Source of the DNA: Planctomycetota bacterium
Lineage (GTDB): Bacteria; Planctomycetota; UBA1135
Length of the DNA: 64,000 nt
Direction of reading: 5' to 3'
Assembly: GCA_024229395.1 (NCBI GenBank)
Contig: JAAESM010000085.1
Coordinates: 10,720-74,719, forward strand
Position 1 is the stretch's first letter. Each line of letters opens with the position of its first letter. The notes below the pieces were generated by a model, which made no database searches, was not told where the DNA came from, and worked only from the letters and a program-made list of their open reading frames with translations. Below, one piece after another: positions 49,591-59,749 of the stretch. Made by a program: the position numbers and the translations under genes.

Positions 49591-49839
49591 GGACGCATTG
49601 TAGGGAGAGAAGAGAGTGGTTCCGACATACGGACGCGATTTTTTAATTAATATTCCGAAGTAATGTCCAACAATCCTGAACCGGCGGAAACCCTTTAAAA
49701 CCACTCTTTTATGGTGATCCATCCGGTACTACAGGAAGGCTGGCGAAACCGCGAGGAATCACAGGAGCCTGTCCTCTATAGTGGCGAGCCCGCGGCAAAG
49801 GCCCCACGAGGACCCTCCCCGCCAGTCATCATCATGGGA

Positions 49840-50646
49840 ATGGAATTGAACGCCATCGTGACGCACCGCACCGAGGTCGCGTCGGGTCTGATCATCTTGC
49901 GCGTCGCGCCGGTGGGATGGGAAATCCCGGAATGGGATTCCGGTCAATTCGCGGTCCTTGGCTTGCCTCGCTCTGCGCCGCGCACCAAGTACTCCGACCC
50001 CGAGGTCGGCATCGAAGACAACGGCAAGCTGATTCGCCGCGCCTACAGCATCGCGTCGCCGCCCGAAGACAGCGATTACATGGAGTTCTACATCACGTTG
50101 GTGCAATCCGGCGAATTGACTCCACGCTTGTTCGCCCTGGAGCCCGGCGATCCGGTCTTCCTGGGCAAGAAGATCAGCGGCATGTTCACCCTCAATCATG
50201 TGCCGGAAAATAGCCACCTGGTTTTGGTCGCCACCGGCACCGGACTCGCTCCTTATATGAGCATGTTGCGCAGCGAGTTGGGTTGCCGCCCGGACCTGCA
50301 CACCGTGGTCATGCTCGGCGCGCGCCACAGTTGGGACTTGGGTTATCGCGGTGAACTCATCGCCATGCAGCGCTTCTGCCCAACCTTCACTTATCTGCCG
50401 ATCATCAGCCGCCCGCAACACGAACGCACGGCCTGGTCCGGCGAGACGGGCTACGTACAGGACTTGTGGGATAAGGGCCTTGTAGAAGAGGCGATTGGCT
50501 ACAAACCGTCGCCAAGCAACACCCACATCTTGCTGTGTGGAAACCCAGCCATGATCGAGGGCATGATCGAGCGCTTGGGTGAGGATGGATTCGTCGAGAA
50601 CACCAAAAAGCAGGCCGGCCAGATCCACGCCGAGAAGTACTGGTAA
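49840..50646 (+). CDS. fpr: Ferredoxin--NADP+ reductase (bacterial type)
   Basis: RRAYSIAS, G.LTPRL, ATGTGLAPY, CGNPAM, EKYW terminus. Confidence 0.9.
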   Translation: MELNAIVTHRTEVASGLIILRVAPVGWEIPEWDSGQFAVLGLPRSAPRTKYSDPEVGIEDNGKLIRRAYSIASPPEDSDYMEFYITLVQSGELTPRLFALEPGDPVFLGKKISGMFTLNHVPENSHLVLVATGTGLAPYMSMLRSELGCRPDLHTVVMLGARHSWDLGYRGELIAMQRFCPTFTYLPIISRPQHERTAWSGETGYVQDLWDKGLVEEAIGYKPSPSNTHILLCGNPAMIEGMIERLGEDGFVENTKKQAGQIHAEKYW

Positions 50647-50694
50647 TCCGGCATTCACCCACCCCAAAATCGCATTGAGGCATAGGATGGCCCT

Positions 50695-52515
50695 ATGCGT
50701 TTCCCCCTCATCGCGGTCCCCTGTTTGCTGCTGATCGCAGCCACTCCAGCCACCGCGCAATGGAGTGACAACGCGGCTGAAAACACAGCTGTCATCACCC
50801 GCTCTGGTGAACAAGTCCTGCCGAAATCTGGCGCGACTTCCGACGGCGGCCAATGGGTCGCTTGGTTCGACAACTCCTTGGGCAACTACGACGTATACGC
50901 ACAACGTTTTGACAGCAAAGGCCGACCGATGTTCTCCCCCGGCGGTTTGCTTGTCAGTAATCATCCATCGTCTTCATGGATCATGGATTGGGACATGATC
51001 GTCGATGACCAAGACCAAGCCGTCATGGTCTTTGCCGATATTCGCACCGGAGGTGACTTCGATATCTATGCCTATTGCATGGGCTCCAACGGTATTCCTG
51101 TATGGGGACCGAATGGTGTTGCGGTCTCCAGCAACCCCAGCTTCGACGCCACTCCGGCAGTCGCTCAGATGACTGGCGGCGATTACGTCGTGGTGTGGGC
51201 CATCGATGCACCTACTGCCGCGATTCGCATGCAACGCTTGTCGCCAGCCGGTACGCCCTTGTTGGCTGCTGGCGGAATCGACATCGCCTCTGAAGCCGGT
51301 GCCGCACCTACCTTCGCGCGCGTGATCCCTGGAGCGAATGACAACGCCATCGTGTCATGGGTACGCGATCTGAACTTCTTCTCGAGCATCAAGCATTTGC
51401 GTGCACATTGCTTCTCACCGACTGGCGCGCCTGTGTGGCCCGCCTTGGTGGAAGTCTTCGATGACCACAATCTGCCGATTGCGTACAGTCCGCAGCTAGC
51501 TAGCGATGGTTTGGGTGGCGCCGTACTTTCGTGGCATAGCAGCAATCCGACACGCTCTGGTCTTTATGATTCCGCAGTCCAACACCTAGCCCCGAATGGC
51601 ACGGAGTTGTTCTCACACAATGGCGTGCAATTGAGTACTGCCGCTGGCATGAACCACTTCGCGCCCAACGCTGCTTACAATCCAGTTACCGGTGCCGTCA
51701 TCGCATTCTGGACCGAGAGTAGCGGCAGTCAATCGCAAGACGGTTGGTATGCCCAAGCAATCACCGCCGGTGGCAACCTCAGCTGGGGCCCCAACGGTAA
51801 GGCCATTCTCCCTGTCGACGCCACCAGCAAGTTCATGAGCGCGGTCCATGCGGTCGAAGATGGAGCGCTCGCTGTGATGATGTGGGCACCCACGGTTCCT
51901 TATGGCGCCGATGAAATCATCGCCACGCGCGTGGACAGCAACGGCAACAATGTCTGGGGTGGGCTACGAGACCTCTCCACCCTCTCCAGTGGCAAGTCCA
52001 CCGTGCTCTCCACCTCAATCAATGCCACGAATGAAGTGCTGGTCGTTTGGGAAGACGATCGCAACGGCAACAAGGACATCTACGCCCAGAACATTCGCCC
52101 CGATGGCTCCCTCGGCCCGAACTATCTTGATGTGGATGTGACCTCCATCTCGCTCGCCGCCGGCGGCACTGCGGAACTTACCCTCGACGCGGGCCTCGCC
52201 TTCGCCGGCAAGAGCTATTGGATGCTCGGCAGCCACACCGGCACGTCGCCGGGCGTATTCGGTCATGGAGTCCACGTTGACCTCAACAACGGCCTCTATT
52301 TCCAGTTGACATCAAATAACCCAACTTCTGGCTTGTTTAGCAACTTCCGTGGTAATTTGGATGCTTCCGGTCGCGCCACCGCAAGCGTGTCAGTGCCTCC
52401 TGGATTCAACCCGGGATTAGCAGGCACCAGCATTGCGCATGCCTTCGTCACGGTCGAATCAGGCGGCGTCGTCAGCCTAGTCAGCGAGTCGGAAAGCTTC
52501 ACCCTGCTGCCTTAA
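50695..52515 (+). CDS. Secreted repeat (beta-propeller-like) protein with a C-terminal domain
   Basis: Signal peptide; repeats of the type W.D...G..D.YAQ....G...W..NG; ~125-aa C-terminal domain. Confidence 0.8.
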   Translation: MRFPLIAVPCLLLIAATPATAQWSDNAAENTAVITRSGEQVLPKSGATSDGGQWVAWFDNSLGNYDVYAQRFDSKGRPMFSPGGLLVSNHPSSSWIMDWDMIVDDQDQAVMVFADIRTGGDFDIYAYCMGSNGIPVWGPNGVAVSSNPSFDATPAVAQMTGGDYVVVWAIDAPTAAIRMQRLSPAGTPLLAAGGIDIASEAGAAPTFARVIPGANDNAIVSWVRDLNFFSSIKHLRAHCFSPTGAPVWPALVEVFDDHNLPIAYSPQLASDGLGGAVLSWHSSNPTRSGLYDSAVQHLAPNGTELFSHNGVQLSTAAGMNHFAPNAAYNPVTGAVIAFWTESSGSQSQDGWYAQAITAGGNLSWGPNGKAILPVDATSKFMSAVHAVEDGALAVMMWAPTVPYGADEIIATRVDSNGNNVWGGLRDLSTLSSGKSTVLSTSINATNEVLVVWEDDRNGNKDIYAQNIRPDGSLGPNYLDVDVTSISLAAGGTAELTLDAGLAFAGKSYWMLGSHTGTSPGVFGHGVHVDLNNGLYFQLTSNNPTSGLFSNFRGNLDASGRATASVSVPPGFNPGLAGTSIAHAFVTVESGGVVSLVSESESFTLLP

Positions 52516-52545
52516 CTGTCCTGCCAAGCCCTTCCATCCCCCCAC

Positions 52546-54372
52546 TTGAAAAAACTTGCCCCCCTCAGCAGCCTGCTCTTCGGAGCAGGCGCTCTAACCC
52601 TCGGCCTGCTGTCAGCTCCGGCTGATGGCTCCATAACGAGCACACCACTGCAGCCTTTCCTGTCGGAGCTGCACTTGCATGGTTCCCTGAGTGAGGGCAC
52701 AGCCACGATGTGGCATCATTCCCTCGAAGGCGCTGCCGCAGGTTACGACGTGTTGTGGTGGACCGATCACATGGAGCGCGTGATGGCGGATCTCTTTGTG
52801 CACGAGGTCGACTTCAACGATGGCGAGTTCGGTTGGGCGATCACTGGCTTGTCGAATGAGTTCGTCGAGGAAGGCGAGGTGACTTCCGCGGTGGTCGGTC
52901 CACCCGCGAACAAGTACGCAGCATTCGGACATTCTCCCCCCGGCAATAGCGGCAGCTGGAGTGAAGGTGGTTTGGCTTATAAGAGTCTGCACAACTTCGA
53001 ACGAGCCGGCTTGTTGGCAATGCCGGAGATCGAGTTGGACCTGAAGCTACCCAATGCCATCAATCCTAATCATGCCACACTGGCGATTCGCATCACGCTG
53101 TCGTCGCGCAGGAATGATGTCGATCGCTTCGGCACGCCTAATGTCCTGGAGTATGTGCCGATCAACATGCCGTTGCCGAACTTGCCGTCGTCGGCAGCGA
53201 GCAACGTGGTACAGAAACGCATTGCACCTGTGGGAACAGATGAATGGACCCACTTGGTGCTGCGCCCTTACAACCATGTGGGTGCTTTCTATGAGAGGCT
53301 GGACATGTCGATTCGCAAAGTCGAGATCGTGACCGCTGGCCGCAACGGTGCGGCAATGAGTGTGCAATTGGATAACTTCCGCATGACCATGCGGCGCAAC
53401 TTCTCCGACCTCAATCTTCTGCGCAACACTGAGGAACTCGTCCAGAGCAACCTGCATCCTTACCGCGAGTTGACCCAATACGTGGGTATGGAAGTCTCAG
53501 GCCCGAATAAGCAGAGGATCCTTACGGAAGGCATCAGCACTCGGGATCACCTGCTGGCGCTTTTCCCTGGCCAGGTGCCGCAGATCTACGACTACGTCAC
53601 CCCAAATGCGCCAGAGGTCAGCTGGCCGCGCGCGGGTGTGATCGACATCCAACAAGATGGCGGTGTGGCGATCCTGGCGCATATGTTCGGTGCGCTTCCA
53701 GCGAGTAACGAGACCGGCGATACGGAACGCGAGATCCTCAGTCGCCGAGTGTTGCGTCACCGCGCTTGGGGTGCCGACGGCATGGAAATCGGTTACGACC
53801 ATCGCGGTGCGCCCCTGAGTCTGTTCACTAGGGTTTGGGATCAACTCGCCGCGCAACAGACTTACATCACCGGTGTCGGCGTTTCTGATGACCACAACGT
53901 GGCTGCCTGGGAAGACCGCGTGAACCGCATGGGCAGTTGGATCCGCGCCGAGGATGACACCGCCTTCAGTCTTGCCCATGCCGTCAAGAACGGCGACGTA
54001 TTCTTCGGCGATCCATTCCTATTCGATCCCGAAGGAGACTTGGTCTTCGAAGGCGACAATGGTGCCTTCGCGATGGGCGATGTCGTGGTCACGGCTCCTG
54101 GCGAGACGCATGCCTTCAATGTGCACATCGAAGGCGGAACCTGGCGCGACCATCTTGTGTGGTTCGTCAACGGCGTGGAAAAACAGCGCGAGTCGCTGTG
54201 GGCCCTCGGTGGCATTGATGCCACCTTCAGCCACGCCATGCAGCCAGGCGATTGGGTGCGCGTGGAGTTGCAACGTGATCCTTCGCTTGCCGACGACCTC
54301 AGCTACCTGTTCTCGAATCCGATCTACTTCGTGGCGTCGGCCAACGAAGTGCCACCGCATCGCCAACCCTGA
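52546..54372 (+). CDS. Secreted PHP-fold (CehA/McbA-like) metallohydrolase
   Basis: HLHGSLSEG, WTDH, LAH, SDDH, FSNPIY. Confidence 0.7.
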   Translation: MKKLAPLSSLLFGAGALTLGLLSAPADGSITSTPLQPFLSELHLHGSLSEGTATMWHHSLEGAAAGYDVLWWTDHMERVMADLFVHEVDFNDGEFGWAITGLSNEFVEEGEVTSAVVGPPANKYAAFGHSPPGNSGSWSEGGLAYKSLHNFERAGLLAMPEIELDLKLPNAINPNHATLAIRITLSSRRNDVDRFGTPNVLEYVPINMPLPNLPSSAASNVVQKRIAPVGTDEWTHLVLRPYNHVGAFYERLDMSIRKVEIVTAGRNGAAMSVQLDNFRMTMRRNFSDLNLLRNTEELVQSNLHPYRELTQYVGMEVSGPNKQRILTEGISTRDHLLALFPGQVPQIYDYVTPNAPEVSWPRAGVIDIQQDGGVAILAHMFGALPASNETGDTEREILSRRVLRHRAWGADGMEIGYDHRGAPLSLFTRVWDQLAAQQTYITGVGVSDDHNVAAWEDRVNRMGSWIRAEDDTAFSLAHAVKNGDVFFGDPFLFDPEGDLVFEGDNGAFAMGDVVVTAPGETHAFNVHIEGGTWRDHLVWFVNGVEKQRESLWALGGIDATFSHAMQPGDWVRVELQRDPSLADDLSYLFSNPIYFVASANEVPPHRQP

Positions 54373-54393
54373 GGATGCCTGTAGAATCCTAAC

Positions 54394-54996
54394 ATGAAGC
54401 GCTCCTTGCTTATTCCAGCACTCCTGCTGCTTGCCGCAGTCGTGATTCCCAATGCCCTGTCCTTTGCTGGACCACAGGCACCGGAAGCGGTCGCTCCGGT
54501 GAGCGTTTTCTTCGTACGCCACGCCGAGACTGCTGCATCCACGCGCACCAATCGCAATCCTGAGCTTTCGGAGCTCGGGGCTGCACGAGGCGAAGCACTG
54601 GCTGCTTTGCTGAAAAAAGTCGGAGCCACCCACCTGTTCTCCTCGGAGTACACCCGCACCCAAAGCACCTTGGCCGCATTGGCGAAACAGACCAGCCTTG
54701 AGGTGAAGGTGGTTGAAGCGCGCAAGATGGACGACCAGATCGCCAAGCTGCAGGCTCTGCCCGCGGGTTCGGTTGCCGTGGTCTGTGGCCATTCCAACAC
54801 CGTGCCTGCAATGGTGGCCGCAAGTGGCGGCAGCATTAAGGAGTTGAAGAATTTACCGGCAACCGAGCAGGTTCTGGCGCATGAGAGTTATGACCGCCTG
54901 TTCCTGGTAGTGTTGCCCGCTGCCGAAGGCGTCAAGGCGAAGAGCTTTGAGTTGCGTTACGGCGCCGAAATGGTGAGCGCCGACGCTGATCACTAG
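54394..54996 (+). CDS. Secreted histidine phosphatase (phosphoglycerate mutase family)
   Basis: VRHAE, SS..R.QST, GHSNTVP. Confidence 0.87.
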   Translation: MKRSLLIPALLLLAAVVIPNALSFAGPQAPEAVAPVSVFFVRHAETAASTRTNRNPELSELGAARGEALAALLKKVGATHLFSSEYTRTQSTLAALAKQTSLEVKVVEARKMDDQIAKLQALPAGSVAVVCGHSNTVPAMVAASGGSIKELKNLPATEQVLAHESYDRLFLVVLPAAEGVKAKSFELRYGAEMVSADADH

Positions 54997-55042
54997 GCGT
55001 GCTGGCCCGCCAGCTACGCTGCAGATTCTAGGCGTGCTGGCC
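54993..55042. repeat. 15-bp direct repeat CTAGGCGTGCTGGCC
   Basis: Copies at 54993-55007 and 55028-55042. Confidence 0.8.
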
Positions 55043-55545
55043 TACTTCTTCAGCGCCACGAAACTGGAACCATTCAATCCATCTGCCTTACCCGCCAACA
55101 GGGCAACCTTGGCGGCATCGTCGCCTTCAGGATTCTCGGCGCCATCTTCATAGCCAGTAATGTCGAGGCCAGAACCGTAGCGGAAGGCATCGGTGACATC
55201 GGTGAGGCTGAAGGTGCCACGCAGCTGCTTGATCAAGGCACGCCCATGATGCAGTAAATCGCCGCAATCCTCACCGCGGATCCAACACCACAAGGCGCCG
55301 CTGGTGGCTGGCATGATCACATTCAAGCCATCCAAACGTGGGAAGTCGCGCAGCCCGGGGACTTCTTGGTCCATCAGCCCCACGATTGCCGAACCAATGC
55401 CGACCACGCAGGAATCGGTGATCGGGAGCTACGCCAGTTGCGCAAGAACCTCATGGGCGGTGGCGCTATTGCTGAGTTCGAAGGTCAGATAACGCGCATG
55501 CGGTGGCAGGTCGGCGAGGATCCCAGCTTGTGGCGACGTGTTCAT
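55042..55545 (-). pseudogene. Dyp-type peroxidase pseudogene
   Basis: MNTSPQAGIL...; internal TAG at 55429-55431; DITGYEDGAENP motif; truncated just after GSSFVA. Confidence 0.8.
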
Positions 55546-55558
55546 GATCGATCGGCAA

Positions 55559-55783
55559 TCAGTAGTTAAACAGCTCTTCGAGGCGGTAGTCCTTACCGCT
55601 GGCGGCGTTGAGCGCGGCACGCACCTTGGCCTTGACGTTCTTGGTCAACAGCCGGCCTTTGCATGCGCGCACCACCATCTTGTGGGTTAGCTGCTCAGTG
55701 GAAGCTGTGACGAGGTCTTTCGACTGAAGTTCCAGTTCCGTCAAGATCAAGGCGATTGGTTGCTCTCCAAGATTACGTTCCAT
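55559..55783 (-). CDS. Small conserved hypothetical protein (possible DNA-binding)
   Basis: 74-aa basic helical ORF: STEQLTHKMVVRACKGRLLT...ELFNY. Confidence 0.7.
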   Translation of the reverse strand: MERNLGEQPIALILTELELQSKDLVTASTEQLTHKMVVRACKGRLLTKNVKAKVRAALNAASGKDYRLEELFNY

Positions 55784-55821
55784 GCGCCACCAATTTTAGC
55801 GCCGGACAAGCAGATGCGGCA

Positions 55822-58362
55822 TCACTTCCAGCGCGGTTCCACATGTAGCAATTTACGCACGAAGAAGTCGCGCCGACGTCGGGTTCCGTAGGGGCTTTCC
55901 GCAATGCCATGGCCGCCACCCGGCACCACCAGCAGGTCGAAATCCTTATCCGCCTTAATCAAAGCGTTGACCACTTGCATGGTCGATGCAGGATCGACGT
56001 TGCGGTCCACCTCTCCAACCACCAGCATCAGATCACCCTGCATGCGGTGTGCTTGATCCACGTTTGAAGCCTGCGCATAACTGTCATCCACCGGCCAGCC
56101 CATCCACAGCTCGTTCCACCAGATCTTGTCCATGCGGTTGTCGTGACAGCCGCAATCGGCCACGGCCGCAGAGTAGAAATCGTGATGAGCAATCAAGGCA
56201 CGCATTGCACTTTGACCACCAGCGGAACCCCCGTAGATCCCAACACGACTCAAGTCCATGGCTGGTTCGGTGGCTGCCAAGGCCCTCATCCAGGCGATGC
56301 GGTCCGGGAATCCGGCGTCGCCCAAGTTCTTCCAAGCGACATCATGAAAAGCCTTGGAGCGCCAGTTGGTGCCCATGCCATCGATATGCACAACCATAAA
56401 ACCCAACTCGGCCAGCGCCTGCGATTTGCGGAACACGCGGAAGTTCTTCGGCACAAATGCGCTGTGCGGGCCAGCGTAGATGTTCTCAATGACCGGATAG
56501 CTCTTGTTGGAATCGAAGTTGGTCGGCCGATAGATCAAGCCCCAGATCTCGGTCTTGCCGTCGCGCCCCTTGGCCACGAAGCGCTGCGGCGGGATCCAAC
56601 CGGCTTCGACCAACTTGTCGATCCTGCCCGACCCCAACTCGGCCACCAGCCTGCCGTCGCGCCGACGCAATTCGGTGACGGTAGGCATGTCTACTCGCGA
56701 ATAGCGGTCCAGGAAGTACTCCCCATCAGGCGACCAAGTCAGTTGGTGCGTGCCATCCCCTTCCGTGAGCTTGGTCAACTTGCCACTCTTTAGATTCACC
56801 ACCGCCCAATGCAGATGATAGGGATCTTGGGCGGGATGGATTCCCATGACCTGCAACAACAGCTCGTCACGATCCTGGTTGAAGTCCTCGACCTTGCGCA
56901 CCACCCACTCGCCCTCGGTCAGTGCACGCTTGACCTTGCCACTTTCCAGATCGACCACGTAAAGGTGATTCCAACCACTTCGTTCCGACATCCAAATTGC
57001 CTCACCGCGATCTTCCACCACATGTAAGTAAGTCTTACCGGCGTAGTCGACGAAGGTCGGACTGGATTCCTCGATTAGGGCGCGCGCCTTGCCGGTCTTG
57101 GCATCGACCTCAACCCAGCGCAGCACTTGATGACCGCGTTGGTTGTAGAGGAAGCGAAACTTACGGCTATCGGCCGACCACGAAAGGCGGGTCAAGCTCC
57201 ACGGATTGGCAAACAGCGGCTCATCGATTTCTACTTGATCGAAGCCACCCTTTTTGTTCTTGAGAAATAAGCGCGGGCGCGGATGCGCGATGTCGTCGCC
57301 GGGTTTCAAGTATTGAAAATGATGCAAAGTCGGTTGCAGTTGGTCCTGCGGTGAAGACTCGACAAAACTGACCGTGTGATCTTGCGCGCCTTCTGTTTGC
57401 AGGCCAACGAAAGCCGAGCCATCGGGAGCCCAGGTCGTGTTATTGCGATAGGAATTCTCTGCAGTTCCATTTGTGGTTAAGGCAGTCGGCTCGCCGCCAT
57501 CGGGAGCCCGCATCCACAGGTTGTGATCATCCACATAGATTTTCGCGCGCTTGGTCTTGGTCTTGCTAGCAATCCTTGTCTCTCGGTCCGGCCGCTCAGG
57601 CTTGATCAGGTTCATTTCCGCAGCCGTGCCAATGCGCGCGACTCCTTCCTTGGCCTCAGCTCGGAACGATGCGACCGTCTTGCCATCTGCAGTGGTAACA
57701 CGCCATGCGTGGCCGCTGTAAGTGCTCATCCACTTGCTGGCCCCGGCTGCGACCTTGCCGTAGGAACGTTTCTTGGTGCTACTTTCCAACCAAAACAGTT
57801 CCACTTCTTGGTCGAGTTGATTGCGGAACAAGATGCCGCTGCCTCCACCCGCCCTGCCGCGCCCCGATGGATGATCGGTCTGGAAGGCCGGCAAATCGAA
57901 CGGTGTGATGGCATCAAGACTGACTTCGCTGAGCTCTTGCCCCTTCAAAGTGAACTTCAAACAGCTCTTGGCCTCGGTCAACAACAGCAGCAAGGTGTTG
58001 GAATCCTGTTGTTCGACGCGTATGACTTGCTGTCCGGCGGCGCGCACCCCGAGGACTTCTGCAAGCTTGTCCGCATTGAAAAGAATCTTCGGTTCAATCC
58101 AGCCGGCTGCCTTCGGGTTGACCAGGAAGAACTCCGTTTGTCCCAAAGCCGTCGACTTCGAATAGACCAGCTGACCGTCCTCGAGCCAGGTCTCCTCGAC
58201 ATCGTGACCGTAAACCAAATGACGGAAACGCCCTGGCAGTTCTTCGGCACGCTGATAATCCTGCGCAGAACCTTGAGGAAGACTGGCGGCGAAGGCTGGA
58301 CTGGTGGCTTCCCCGGCGAATAGGGAAAGCACACACGAAAGAGTGATCGCGATTTTCAACAT
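55822..58362 (-). CDS. S9B / DPP IV-family peptidase with a VHL-like insertion
   Basis: GGSAGG nucleophile motif, DRNVDPAS, GGGH; DPP IV propeller; start MLKIAIT. Confidence 0.9.
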   Translation of the reverse strand: MLKIAITLSCVLSLFAGEATSPAFAASLPQGSAQDYQRAEELPGRFRHLVYGHDVEETWLEDGQLVYSKSTALGQTEFFLVNPKAAGWIEPKILFNADKLAEVLGVRAAGQQVIRVEQQDSNTLLLLLTEAKSCLKFTLKGQELSEVSLDAITPFDLPAFQTDHPSGRGRAGGGSGILFRNQLDQEVELFWLESSTKKRSYGKVAAGASKWMSTYSGHAWRVTTADGKTVASFRAEAKEGVARIGTAAEMNLIKPERPDRETRIASKTKTKRAKIYVDDHNLWMRAPDGGEPTALTTNGTAENSYRNNTTWAPDGSAFVGLQTEGAQDHTVSFVESSPQDQLQPTLHHFQYLKPGDDIAHPRPRLFLKNKKGGFDQVEIDEPLFANPWSLTRLSWSADSRKFRFLYNQRGHQVLRWVEVDAKTGKARALIEESSPTFVDYAGKTYLHVVEDRGEAIWMSERSGWNHLYVVDLESGKVKRALTEGEWVVRKVEDFNQDRDELLLQVMGIHPAQDPYHLHWAVVNLKSGKLTKLTEGDGTHQLTWSPDGEYFLDRYSRVDMPTVTELRRRDGRLVAELGSGRIDKLVEAGWIPPQRFVAKGRDGKTEIWGLIYRPTNFDSNKSYPVIENIYAGPHSAFVPKNFRVFRKSQALAELGFMVVHIDGMGTNWRSKAFHDVAWKNLGDAGFPDRIAWMRALAATEPAMDLSRVGIYGGSAGGQSAMRALIAHHDFYSAAVADCGCHDNRMDKIWWNELWMGWPVDDSYAQASNVDQAHRMQGDLMLVVGEVDRNVDPASTMQVVNALIKADKDFDLLVVPGGGHGIAESPYGTRRRRDFFVRKLLHVEPRWK

Positions 58363-58378
58363 GTTCGAAGCTCTTGGG

Positions 58379-59020
58379 CTATTGCTCCAGTTTCTGCAAG
58401 TCGACCAAGGCTTGCAAGCCCAGACCTGCGCCAATATCGGGTCCCATCAGAGGGTTGTCGATGAAGGACCCATCCTTGTTGCGACATAGCTGCAACTGAT
58501 GCAGGATCGCCGCCGCTGCCTGGTCCACCAACTCCTTAGGCACCTCTGTGCCGACGGTCTTGCGCAAGGCTTCCGCGGCGGTGCTGTAGTCGTAAAGCAG
58601 ATAATGCGAACCTTGGGTGGCGGCGCCGGCATGCATCAGAGCCTTCCTGCGTTGCACTCCAGCTGGTCCTAGATAAGCTTGCAGGCCAAGTGCGGCGGCG
58701 GCTGTGGGTGCCGAAAATCCAGCCAGCAAGGAAATCCAACCTGCCAGGAAACCTGCGATTGGGTACAGAATTCGGGCAAGGAAGTGATACTCCTCACCCG
58801 ACTGCGGAAAGCGCTTCGCCAATGCGCCGTACGACAAGGTGCCGCAAGTGGCGAAGAGACCACCCAAAACCCAAGCAGCGATCACGCGCGGCTTCGAATG
58901 CAGATCCGCCAAGGCGAAACCAGAGGTGGTGAAGACGCCGACACCGATCATGCTGGCAACGACAACGGCGCTGGCACTCCAAGGGCCGAGTAATCGACCC
59001 GGCCGGCTGCTCTCGGTCAT
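58379..59020 (-). pseudogene. Chimeric remnant: APC amino acid permease N-terminus fused to an unrelated C-terminus
   Basis: ASMIGVGVFTTSG...GFLAGWISLLAGFSAP (about 120 aa, 3 TM), then a soluble segment HYLLYDY...DGSFIDNP. Confidence 0.65.
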
Positions 59021-59742
59021 GGACGGCAGAACAGGATCAGGTAGTTCTCTTCCAGGCCTTCGACCGGGACTTCACGCAGATATTCGAATCCTGCTTGCTC
59101 GATCTCTTCTCGCGTGACTTGCTTACCGGCGCGCACGTGATTCAACACCCATTCACGACTGGTGCCTGGAATGCGCTCGAAGTCCACGATCGCCAGGGTT
59201 CCGCCAGGGCGGATTGCGCTCATCAAAGAACCGAGAGTGGTCTGCGGATACTCGAAGTGATGGTAGGTATCGCAGATGAACACCATGTCGACCGAGTCTT
59301 CAGCCAAGCCGCTGTCGGTTTCACTGCAACCAAGGACTTCGACCTGCTCCCAGTTCTCTTCCTCGGCGCGCTTGCGCAAGTGCGCCAGCATGCCCGCTGA
59401 TAGGTCGACCGCGTAGACCGTGCCATCGGCGCCGACCGCATCTTGCAGTTGTGGCTCGAACAAACCCGTGCCTGCACCGATGTCCCCTACCTCCATTCCG
59501 GGCTGGATATCCAAGGCCGCAATGATGCCTTTGCGTGCGGCGTAGATATCCCGCGACTCCACCTCAAAGATGCCGACGAACTTGGCAATCTCATCATTGG
59601 ATGCATCCAAGAACGGTTCGTTGACTCCTGGCCTGACCGATTGCTCGGCGCTCTGTGGTTCCTGCGGTGCTTGGCAGGCGCTCAAGCCCAGCAATGGCAG
59701 GGCAAGGGTCGGGAGAATGAAGCGTAGGTTAGGGGAAGCCAT
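59017..59742 (-). CDS. SAM-dependent methyltransferase with a lipoprotein signal
   Basis: LSAC lipobox, DIGAGTG, DTYHHFEYP. Confidence 0.87.
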   Translation of the reverse strand: MASPNLRFILPTLALPLLGLSACQAPQEPQSAEQSVRPGVNEPFLDASNDEIAKFVGIFEVESRDIYAARKGIIAALDIQPGMEVGDIGAGTGLFEPQLQDAVGADGTVYAVDLSAGMLAHLRKRAEEENWEQVEVLGCSETDSGLAEDSVDMVFICDTYHHFEYPQTTLGSLMSAIRPGGTLAIVDFERIPGTSREWVLNHVRAGKQVTREEIEQAGFEYLREVPVEGLEENYLILFCRP

Positions 59743-59749
59743 GATGGAT

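Noticed and set aside
49759-50964. 401-aa minus-strand ORF
   Set aside because: Antisense to fpr, which has clear family motifs.
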